This document shows positions 19,301-29,862 of a DNA stretch of 64,000 nucleotides, one piece after another. A program made the translations under genes and the position numbers. The notes under the pieces are model-generated. The model was not told the DNA's origin. It made no database searches and saw only the letters and a program-made list of their open reading frames with translations. The DNA is from Epithemia pelagica. Its lineage: Eukaryota > Protista > Bacillariophyta. The DNA is taken from positions 620,001-684,000 of the forward strand of contig OX337235.1 of the NCBI GenBank assembly GCA_946965045.2, given 5' to 3'. Numbering within the stretch: the stretch's first letter is position 1; each line of letters starts with the position of its first letter.

Positions 19301-22300
19301 ATAAGCACGAGCTGTTGAAGAAATTTTGGTCCTTTGAAGAGAAGTACAAGCTGTATTTGGCTGAATATCTGAATCCAGATGCAGATATAAATGAGCTTGT
19401 ACAAACAGTGGTTAGAGCAGCGACAAGTTTACAACCTATCAAATGTGCTGGTGGATGGACAACGGAGGTGAAAGAACGTCTTCCGTCGGTAGTGGCAGGT
19501 GTTTTTGCTGTATTTACGGTCCTCAAATCTTCTGCAACGTATAATCGAATTGGCAATGACGAACTAGGAGAAAAAATTCTCATGAAACCACACAACATCC
19601 AAGTCTTGACGATTCTGTCCATGTTTGGATGTGGTGATTTGACAAGCTCTAATCTTGAGAACCAAGTCATGCAGATCCGCACAGGTGAGGGAAAATCTCT
19701 GATTCTTGGTGCCTCGGCTGTTGTACTGGCGCTTTTTGGTTTCCGTGTTCGTTGCGTATGCTACAGCGAGTATCTTTCAAATCGCGACTACGAGTTATTC
19801 AAGGATTTGTTTGGATGTTTCCAGTTGACAGATAAAATCACGTACTCCAAGATCACGACACTTTCCGAAGATTGCACAAGAGCAAAAGGGGACATCCGCA
19901 AGTTGACCGGTGGCCTATTAAGAGGTTCTCTCGCCCATGATGGTACCGCGATTCGGACGACAGGACAAGGCGGCCTTGACGAGGAGATTTTGGTTGTGGA
20001 TGAATTTGATGTATTCTTTGGCTCCGACTTTTATGGCCAAACATATAATCAGGTTTACCAGTTGCAAGAAGACGAAATTGCTGAGATACTTAAATTCATT
20101 TGGGCGAACAACATGCGAGGAGGACCAAAACTGAAACTTGCGGATGTACAAAGAATCGAGCCATACCGTCACCTTGTGCAGAAGTATCCTGACTTTGCTT
20201 ATGTATTCGACAACGAAATTTTGTTGATGATTGATCAAGTGAAGAGAGTCGACGAGGAACCATACCATCTTGACGAAGTTACGGGACGCATCGGGTACAA
20301 AGTAATGGATACAATCGAGTACGATGTTACTTATGGATACTGTACGATGTTTGCATACCTCAAGGAAGCCGAAAAGGGAAAACTGCAGAATGCCGAGACA
20401 AGACTGGCGAATGTTCTTGCAAGGCCCGTGTCATGTGGACAGTTTTCGTATGCCGGTATCAGTCCACTTCGAATTCTAGGTGTTTCTGGAACAGTGGAGG
20501 CAATGGGTCAATACGAACACGATGTTCTGGCGAAGTATGGAATTGAAAGGTTTATCTACGTTCCGAGTGTCTATGGTCAATCCAATTTCAAATTTGACAT
20601 GGCTGGAGATGGTATATTCGTGGAACCATCGGTTAGCGATTTCTTTCACAAAATCACGGATGTCATTCTCGATGTGACGAAGCAAAGGAGGGCTGCGATC
20701 GTGTTCTTTCATGATAACTTGCGCTTACATGAATACAAACAAAGTTCATTCTTCAAGAGGCTTGGTCGTCGTCAAATTCGATTGCTGACAGAGGATATGA
20801 GCGCTGATGATAAAGGTTTTGTTGTGAAAAAAGCTGCGACGGCTGGTCAGATAACATTGTGTACAGCGTCGTTTGGTCGAGGAACAGATTTCTTTTGCAA
20901 GGATGATGTTGTGCAAAAGAATGGCGGTGTCCACGTCATCCAAGCTTTTTTGTCGGAGGAACTCAGTGAGGAGGTTCAAATCAGAGGCCGAACAGCTAGG
21001 CAGGGGAAGCAAGGATCTTATCAGATGGTATTGCTTGAATCTGACCTCGAGACTCACTTTGATATCGAGCGAGGTGCAAAAGACAAAGTTCCAAAAAAGG
21101 ATAGATATGAATGGCTTTCTAATGCCCGCCGAAAGAAGCATCAAAGTCATTGCCATGTGATGGACGTCAATCTCGAGGGTGCCACCGAAAAGGATAAGAA
21201 CACAAATCTTTACTTTGATTCTCTTCTACAGGGTAACGCGCGGAGGGCACAGGACTTGTTCAAAGAGTTGTACTTTTCAATGAAAACCCAGGCATTGGCT
21301 GCAAACACGGAAATTGACATTGCGTTTCTGATTGATGTCACTGGAAGCATGGGGCCTTACAGTTCTGCGATTGCGGCCACTATCCGAACACTGATTGACA
21401 AGCAGGGAGTAGTCATGGGACGCCTCAAAGCTAACTACCCAGACACGGAGTTCACCTTCCGCACCGCAGTGATGGCTTTTAGGGACATTGATGACAAGGC
21501 GAAACAATTCACTGAGAGTGTATGGCAATCAAAGAGTCGTTTCACAGACGTTGCCGATGAAGCAATTCGTTTTGTCGAACGTGAAACTAAACAGTCATCT
21601 GGTGGTGGTGATTTGGCCGAAGATATTCTAGGAGCTCTTGATCGCTCTGCAGAATGGAAGGGCCCAGGAGCTTGGACTTCAAGACTTAAGTTTATGATGG
21701 TTCTCACAGATGCGGCTGCACATGGGTTGGCCAATCCGGCAGTAGCAGGTGGTCCAAACGGAGACCACTATTCTTCACGGCATCCTCTTGGTTTGACCGC
21801 TCATAGTGTGATGGGTAAACTTGTTTCCAAGGGGATTGATCTGTTCATGTGTTCGTTCAACCCAATGGCAACATTGAAGACTGAAGAGGAACTTTCCCAG
21901 ACGTATCTCAACCACCCTAGCAATAAGGATCAACGTGAAGTGACAACTATCCCCCTAGTACCTACTTCCAAACAGTCAGGTGCTCACGATCCAGTGAGCT
22001 ACAATCGACACATTGTTTTTGTGCTGGATGAGTCAGGATCAATGTACAATGACTGGTCGGGGGTAGTGGTTGCTTACAATCAATACATTTCACGTCGCCG
22101 GCAGTACCAGTGCGACTCAGATCTCGTGTCGGTTGTCCAGTTTTCTAGTCAATCAAGAATCACAATTCAGCAGCAGAAAATCCAAGAGGCTCCGAAGTCC
22201 TTGCACTTTCACAATGGTGGAACTCAGTTCAGTCCAGCTGCTCAGAATGCCTGTGCCTTGGCAAGGGGTACTCCGTCGACGCATGTACCAGTCATTGTCT

Positions 22301-22623
22301 TTATGAGTGATGGTTGCGCAGACGATGCTTCACAAGCAGCATCGTATTTTTCTTCACTTAATAATTACATCAAGGGACGCACCGGCAGTGATCTTGAGCT
22401 TCATGTAATTGCCTTCGGGTTGAATGCAAGTCAGGCTCAACTCAGTCAAATTGCCGCCGCGTCGCCGATTGGCAAGGTTCGCGCCAGTACCGACACGGCG
22501 GACTTGTCCAAAGTCTTTGAAGAGATTGCGGGTGGTGCGAATGTGGCTGGACTCCTCGAGGCCGAAATTGGAAAACGAGTTTCGGAGGCCGTGGGCAACA
22601 AACTTGCCCTCGAATTCATGTAA
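16340..22623 (+). pseudogene. 3' part of giant gene: helical region, J-like domain, SecA-type SF2 ATPase, two vWA domains
   Basis: Removing the Copia and one TSD restores the frame (..MLADMHQCSTDG..). In-frame TAG at 17810-17812 and frameshift in the A7 run at 18072-18078. J-like HFAVLGLPPSAS..DI...KVEIAYLEL. SecA motifs TGEGKS, YLSNRD, DEFD, GVSGT, FGRGTDF, QIRGRTARQG. vWA motifs LIDVTGSM and VLDESGSM / GGTQF / FMSDG. Confidence 0.85.
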
Positions 22624-23491
22624 TTCATACACCTGGGCACGTGGACATGGGCTGTTTGGTTTGGCAGTCGTTGTCAATGGTCACGCTTCTTTACGTCATA
22701 TCCTCTCGTAGTCTCTTTCGTGGACTTTATATGCATGTTGCGCTCAACAATAAGATAATAACAGTACATTTGTTTTGTTCGCTTTGACTGGAATCTATCT
22801 CTTGTCTAGCTGGGAAGCAGCAGCCTCTCGCTTGTAGCTATGGATTGTGCGTTCTGGCCACAAGATGGTGTTCTCTCGTAACCTTGAGATGTGGATCGGT
22901 TGTAGACAGACGAGGCTTCTATAGATTGCCAAGAATATGGAACCGACTCTACTAAAGCAACACAGACCGTTGCATGAAATAACATCTACCTATTAGGCAG
23001 AATCGACATAGCATTGGCTTTTATGCGACCGGTATTGATGGTGGAAGGCAGAGCCGTCGTGTTTCAGTCGCTTATATTAAATCGTGTCAAAAGTAAACCG
23101 GAAGTAGATCTTTTTCCACGAACTTTTTCGACCATGATGATATCTTATTCCGAGAGAGGAATTACTCACAACAAACCCACCGTTAGCCATGTTTGAAACA
23201 GTGATGCATCGTATCCGTCGACTTTCCTTGTTTGCTGTCTGTCTTTCTTCTCCGCTTTTCGCATCTCGTTCTTTCTTCCTGTTCGTCGTGTGCGATGCTG
23301 CATCATCGGGTGTTCACGTTCATGAATTGGCACCCAGAATCTATCACAAAGGCGATCAGTGAGTACAACAGAGCCTTGTGTTTACTTGCACCACTCATGG
23401 CTGTGGACAGCCATTGTCACCGCTCGCGACTCTCACTTGATCTTTCTGTCAATCTCATGCTACCCATGGGCACGAACATCACCTGCAAAAC

Positions 23492-25900
23492 GTGACTAGG
23501 GTGGAGCTCAAAACAAACAAGCTCTATTCGACAAAGACATTGATACCCGTCGATTATTTCTCGCTTCCCTTTATCCAAAATGAGTGTTCAGGTACTCTGG
23601 ACCAACAATATCAAAACGTTGGCGTGTTGCTGCAAGGTGATCGTATCCATAAGTTGCCATACCGCATCGGGTTTCTCAAGGATGTCTATTGTGAGCAACT
23701 GGGCATTACCAATGCCGGCCGAGGTGAACGTAAAGGCACATGCGACAATCGAATGGTCGCCGCTATTCACAACAGTTATGGCAGCAATTGGATTGTCGAC
23801 AATCTTCCTGCGTTGAAAATGTATTTCGACAAGGCTGAAATAAAGCAGTATGTTCCTGGTGCCGCTCCTATTGGCTTTGTGTCGTCGGCAGATGGCATTG
23901 CTTATTTGAACAATCATGTAAGTATCATTCTCTTTCAAAACACTCTGCCTTTCTTTAGACATCGCTGACATCGGCTCCTTTATGCATATACTATAAGGTC
24001 AACATCATATTGGAATACCAAGTGGTACAAGGCAAGAAGGATTCGTACCAGATTGTAGGGTTCGCCCTTGAACCATTTAGTTTTCATCAAGACTTTGAGT
24101 TCCTTCAGGATTCCACTGATGGTAGTGCCCCCTTTGTCGAGATTATCAACCCGATTCCCTCCTGTAGCTCGGCTATACGTGATCCTCCACATGTCTACCA
24201 AAGAGCAATTGAGGATCTTTCTCCTCAACCAGCTTCGGGCAAGGTACTCTTCACCTACGTAAGACTTTCAAAGATAATTTCACCAAAACTGTGACACCGC
24301 AAAGTCCTCATCATTCTATTTTGTTCTCTTTCTCCAGGATGTCATTTGGAAAGAAAAAGCGAACGTTTCATGGTCCAATCGATGGGATCCCTACGTCCAA
24401 AATTGGATTCCACCCGTCATACAAACGACTCTGATGGGTCAATAAGTCTTTTTGTTGATTGTCGTGTCGGGCATTGCCTTGTGGGTGGTACTTCAAAAGC
24501 TTTGTTGCCAGAAACGACGGCAACGACCCTGGCGTGATGAAGTGGATTATCAACGTGTTTCGACCTCCACGACCGAATCGACAGCTGGGCAAGGCCCTTT
24601 GGATTCGAACCCAGAAGCACAACCGGACATGGTTTCTGACAATGACGACCGAAACACTACCAATTCCGGTAACGCATCATCACCCACAGGGCCTTGTTGG
24701 ATTACGGCACAGGCCTCCATGATACGTCCTCCCGCGACTGCACCCAAATTCTTGGTCTTGTTTGTGGGTACGGGAGCACAACTATTGGTCATGACTGTGG
24801 GCATGCTCTGCATGGGACTCCAGGGTTCCTTGAGCCCGGCCATTCCCGGTCGGTTGCATACAGCACAACTCTTTTGGTACAGCATGGGTGGTTTGGTGGG
24901 TGGATACAGTTCCACACGATTGTACGAATGTTTTGGAGGGAACAAGAAAGACTGGGGTCCTCATGCTCTTCGTATGGCTCACTTTTTCCCCTTTGTAGCG
25001 AATGTAGCCTATTGTTTCATCAATTTCATTGCGCTGGGACAACGATCAACATATGTCATGCCCTTTCGCGTGACAGGCTATTTGCTCATGCTCTGGTTGG
25101 GTCTTTCGACACCCATGGTATATCTGGGTAATATGATTGCTCGAGGTCAGAGTGCAATCGGCTTTGTGCCCGACACAACAGCTATTGACAATAACAATTC
25201 ATCCTCGGATGCGCTCAGTGACAGGTCCTCACCACATCAAGTACCGTTTTGGTTGTCTCCTCCATGTACCATTGCCATGGCAGGAGCTGTGCCCTATTTT
25301 GGTGCCATCTCCTTTGAGTTCCGCAATCTTCTCATGCCAAGCTTGTGGAACAATGATTTGTTCCATGACTATGTCTACCTTGCCAAAACGATGGTACTCT
25401 TTGTCCTGCTCGTTCAATTCATGACTTTGTTGCTCCATGTCAAATTGTTGTGTCATCACCAGTACGACACTTGGTGGTGGCGATCCTTTGTGCATGGCGG
25501 TGCCTCGGCGTTGTGGATGTGGGGCAACAGTTTGACGTACTACATGCACATGTACCTTTGGACGGCTAGTTTCGGTACATTTCTGATTTATTTTGTGTAC
25601 ATGACGGTGCTATCGTTAAGTGTCTTTTTGACACTGGGCTTTGTGGGTCTGTCCACCATTTACTTATTTCATCACCTGGCCGTTGCTTGCAGTTTCCCAA
25701 TCCCATCTCCCACGGCAAGCCAAAACAACAACACTCATGATTTGGAAATGAGCGAGGCCGACAGTCCCCTGTTGCAAACTAGTAGTAGTAATGCAAACGA
25801 CGCTTCCTCTTCCGTAGAAGAATCGCACCCGAAATCCAATCTCGTCGATACAATCTCGTCGGATTCACCAACAGACACACCGGCATTGTCCCCGCCGTGA
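23492..25900 (+). pseudogene. TM9SF: Divergent nonaspanin (TM9SF/EMP70) gene with premature stop
   Basis: VELKTNKLYSTKTLIPVDYFSLPF, GDRI, NH|VNIILEY, YQIVGF..EP, FTY|DVIW...WSNRWD.Y, then multiple TM helices (YSSTRLY, WWWRSF). GT-AG introns at 23918-23997 and 24259-24337. In-frame TAA at 24443-24445. No in-frame signal peptide upstream. Confidence 0.75.
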
Positions 25901-26136
25901 TTGAGTCACTGACATGTGTCACTCCTGATTTCAATCTCATCGATGCAATCTCGTCCGGTCCACCACCAGACACACCGGCATTGTCCCCGCCGTGACAATC
26001 GCAGTACTCTCTTCTGTATTAAATCCTATCACCCGGATTTCAATCTCATCGATGCAATCTCGTCCGGTCCACCACCAGACACACCGGCATTGTCCCCGCC
26101 GTGACAATCGCAGTACTCTCTTCTGTATTAAATCCT
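25852..26136 (+). repeat. Tandem duplication (109-bp period) of the TM9SF 3' coding end
   Basis: CAGACACACCGGCATTGTCCCCGCCGTGA occurs three times (ending 25900, 25995, 26104). Units starting at 25927 and 26036 are nearly identical. Confidence 0.9.
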
Positions 26137-26300
26137 GTTTGTTCTCAATGATGCAGGGTTCTAGAACTACAGATATAAATACTTGATATAAACAAGATAC
26201 GTTTCCTTTCCTTTGTCGTTTCGATCGACTGATGTAATGGAAGGACCGGCAAATCCAATCTAATTTTGTCATTTTATTTCGAACAAGACGAAGATGACCT

Positions 26301-27821
26301 TTACGGACCCGCATTGTTGTTGTCGTTGTTGTTGTCGTTGTTGTTGTTGTTGTCGTTGTTGTTGCTGTTGTTGTTCCACCAGTTGTTCCACAGACGTTGC
26401 GCCTTGGCAGTCACATGGTCGACCCTTTGTGTCATGGACGACACTGGCAACGTGGAGTTGGATCGAGTCCAGGACGATGACGATACGGAGGAAGCCACGC
26501 CTCTTCTTGTTGTTGCTGCTGTTGCTGTTGGTGGATCACGAAAGGAGACTTGTCGATGACGTCGGCCATGCCGTAAGGACGACGACGACAAGCGTGTTGT
26601 TGGGTTGGATCGTGCTCGTTTCGCATTCCGGGTGTGGGTGACCTTGGTTGAAACCGTCGGTGTTCTTTTGGTTTGTTTGGAAATATATCGTGGACTCGTC
26701 CACAGGGAGCCCAATAGGGTTTGTTCGTTTTCTTCTGGTTTGGTACCGGAAAATGACAGGGGTAGTTTTCTCGTGGTGCTGGTGCTGGGCGTTGTCGTTG
26801 GAGGAGGACATGGCGATGCCGAATTTCTCAAGTTCAATCGGGGACGTTTGCGAGGTCTCGGTGTTGTGGCAGTAGTTGTCGTAGGAATTGGGCTGGCCAT
26901 ATTGCTGCTGCTTGTTGTTTCTTGTCCCAACGAGGCTGCCACATTCCTGGCGTCTAGCGTGGCATTCATCAGTACGGTGTCGTGTTTTGGATTGTTCTTT
27001 TCCTGGAATGGCCACAGCAACGAAGACCAAGACGTTGGACGAGAGCGTTTTCGTCCCTTGGTGGAATGTCGTGGAGTACTACTAGTCTGCATTGGATTGG
27101 CAATGGACGTTGTCGAGATATTGTTGCGCCTTGCTGTCGCATCAGTGCCGAAAATGACCGGCCCTTGTGAAGGACAAGGAGAAGAAGAGGAGGGCAATGA
27201 TGATGATGATGATGATGATGATTTGCATTTTGGCGTTGGTAGGTGTGCCACTGTGGTGGTGGAACCAGGGGGACAAGGTTGCTCTCTCTTCTTTTGACGT
27301 TGTTGTCGTTGTCGTTTCTGGTGATGATGAGAATAATAGCAGGGCCGACACACAAAGGTATCGGCCAACAAGAGTCTTCCACACAAGGGACTATTGTGCA
27401 GTGGTTTTTGACACGATGCACACCACGTCACTGCTGCCGCCATTCGGACCGTCGTCGGGGCGGTTGGAGGCCTTTTCCTCGACGAGGCGATTGCTGTGGT
27501 GGTTTCTTCTGGAGTGGATGAATTCTGGAGCGGCAAATTCCTGTGGGTGTGAAGAATGGCGCGCTGGTTGTGCGTTGCTTGATTGGAACGTTGTGGTTCG
27601 TCTGGACTAGCGGTTTCCAAACCCACGAAACCTGTGTTTTGAGTAGCGCAATCGTCCTTCTTCTTGTCCTTGTCCTGAGATTTCGTCGTCGTCTCATCAG
27701 CGGCAACATCCACCATCTCCAACAGGTCGTGGATCCACGTTGTTTCGTGGCCACAGGCAATACCCGCACAACAATGCACCATTTGGATGGTTCGAGGGTG
27801 TGTGTTTTGGGTGCAATGCAA
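26301..27821 (-). CDS. Hypothetical low-complexity Ser/Thr/Arg-rich protein with a CxxC...CxxC motif
   Basis: 506-codon ORF with WCASC...VCRPC, basic clusters and a poly-Asn microsatellite tail. No family recognised, and low-complexity DNA gives long ORFs by chance. Confidence 0.35.
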   Translation of the reverse strand: MHCTQNTHPRTIQMVHCCAGIACGHETTWIHDLLEMVDVAADETTTKSQDKDKKKDDCATQNTGFVGLETASPDEPQRSNQATHNQRAILHTHRNLPLQNSSTPEETTTAIASSRKRPPTAPTTVRMAAAVTWCASCQKPLHNSPLCGRLLLADTFVCRPCYYSHHHQKRQRQQRQKKREQPCPPGSTTTVAHLPTPKCKSSSSSSSSLPSSSSPCPSQGPVIFGTDATARRNNISTTSIANPMQTSSTPRHSTKGRKRSRPTSWSSLLWPFQEKNNPKHDTVLMNATLDARNVAASLGQETTSSSNMASPIPTTTTATTPRPRKRPRLNLRNSASPCPPPTTTPSTSTTRKLPLSFSGTKPEENEQTLLGSLWTSPRYISKQTKRTPTVSTKVTHTRNAKRARSNPTTRLSSSSLRHGRRHRQVSFRDPPTATAATTRRGVASSVSSSSWTRSNSTLPVSSMTQRVDHVTAKAQRLWNNWWNNNSNNNDNNNNNDNNNDNNNAGP

Positions 27822-28565
27822 ACCGCTATTCTCCTTCTCCTCGTTTCGTTTCCGAGAGTATCGGATGATTTTATCAGAAAATCGTCCGTGTCAACTCCTC
27901 ATACGATTTGTTCTGCCAGATCTCTACATACGCCATGGTCGTCGCCAATCAAAAAATGAGGGCGAGCCGGCGATCGATGGGTTTTCGCGACTGATCAGCG
28001 GTCGTCTCATCATACAGACGATGAAAAGCTACCATAGCACGTACTCCTTGTGCTAGGTAGGAGTAGTTTGGAAAGCGAGTTGTGTTACCTTTGCTGTCGT
28101 AACACAAATGATAGATTCAATCCAGTGGTGCATGAGTAGGAAGTAGGAATCGACCAAGTGTCCGTCTGGACGATTCACAACCGCCCATGGATGGCGGCCA
28201 CGGCGATCACGCTCAATGTCCAAAGGAAAATGATCCATAGAGCAAAGAAAGGCCTGTTTCGTAAACGCTGCTAGCCGTGGAGAATCCCTCGAAAACGGTG
28301 TGTGGTATGTACACACGCTATAAGTTGGGTCCTTGTCACACAACTGCAACAGCAGACGGAGCACTATTGGTAGCGTTCTGGCACGAATGGAACAGCAATG
28401 ATTGGCCACCAACACGGCGACTCTCGAAGCTGCGCTAAACAGATGTCATTAGGAACTTGCCGTCAGAGACGGCTTTTGAATTTGTCCATCCAAGAGTATC
28501 GTTGCAATGACATCTATCTAATCATAGGGTAGTAACTATAGACACCCTAGCTAGACACCCGCTAA

Positions 28566-29673
28566 GGCTATCTCCACCCGAGCGCCGCTATGCTGACGTA
28601 TTGGGGCTTTCTGATTGGCCTCGCTATCCGGATAGCGGATTAGCGGAGCCAAAGGGAAATAAATAGAGGTTGGACCCGCGAGCTCAAATCGATGCGGGTA
28701 GGTTACCCGCGCATCCCAGCCTTTGCGGCTCCAAGTACCCGCGTGTTCCGCAGTTCCGCACTACTATCGGATTTTATGTACTCTGCACAAATGTGACGTA
28801 CGGGCGGTCAGACCTAGAGAGGACCAAATCGCTGCACCCCGCCTTTACTGTGCGTAGGTGCGAGTAGTGCGGATCGGAACCGCCAGTCTCTTTCGTTGCG
28901 GTTCCAGGGATCAGCACCGCTGATCCGCGGATCCGATCCGCAGCACCGCGGTGCGGGTCCAACCTCTTGAAATAAACTCCACGATCTCCGTTAAAAGAAC
29001 GCCGCTATCTCGCGTTGCGCGTACGCATTGCGCATATGCCCTCTCTTGTTTCGGTTAAAAAGGTGCCCGGCGTGCGGCCGCGGAAGTTGCGGAATTCAAA
29101 TAAGACAATCAACGAGAGCACAAAGCATAAACCAAAGATGGAGGACTCGTTGTTCTCCCTCTTCATTGTTGACTGTCATGGTGAATCATGTTGTTGTTCA
29201 TGGCCAATGTAGATGTAGGTTGTAGGTTGCAGTCCAATCGTCCTATTGTATTCCCTGTCCGATTTCCGATTGATTGTCTGATAATCGAACACATCAATAG
29301 TTTGAATGATGCATTTGTTTGATTGTTGCATTCCTTCCGATCCGTGATCCTCGAATCATCTTGCTGTGCATGGTTCTTATCCCATTGTAGGAAGTAGGGA
29401 ACACAACAATGGAAAAAGAGATGGTAAGCGATCGTCACAAATCAATACGTGCCATTGCCATGTTTTCGACACGAGAGATACTGTTGGCAGCAGACGTTAA
29501 TTTATATTTATGCCGACGGTTATATTTTGCTCCGCTATCCGCTATTTTCCCCGCTATTCGGGGCTCCAAATAGCGGCAAAAATAGCGGATAGTGGAGCTG
29601 TTTAGCGGTTAGAGGAGATGGTGGAGTTCGATAGCGGTTTTTGGACCTTTAGCGGCCCCGGGTGGAGATAGCC
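28566..29673. mobile_element. Non-autonomous PIF/Harbinger-type element (Tourist-like MITE, 1108 bp including nested insert)
   Basis: Perfect 15-bp TIRs GGCTATCTCCACCCG (28566-28580) and CGGGTGGAGATAGCC (29659-29673). TAA TSD at 28563-28565 and 29674-29676. Clustered subterminal TAGCGG/CCGCTA motifs. Confidence 0.88.
28664..28968. mobile_element. hAT-type MITE (305 bp) nested in the Harbinger-type element
   Basis: TIR TAGAGGTTGGACCCGC / GCGGGTCCAACCTCTT (terminal mismatch only). Exact 8-bp TSD GAAATAAA at 28656-28663 and 28969-28976. Internal GCGGATC/GATCCGC repeats. Confidence 0.85.
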
Positions 29674-29862
29674 TAAGTTACAAGATTGAGGGCCATCTTG
29701 TGGGGGAGAGAATGGTAGACTACCCCCCCCGCTCTGACCATCGTCCGTCTTTGGCGCCGGACCAAAATTTCTTTCAAATTTTTTGGTGAACTGTGCCGCC
29801 CATTTTGGCCACACCACCCAACTTTCGACGCACCTCTGCTCTCTATATCTATATGGCATGTC

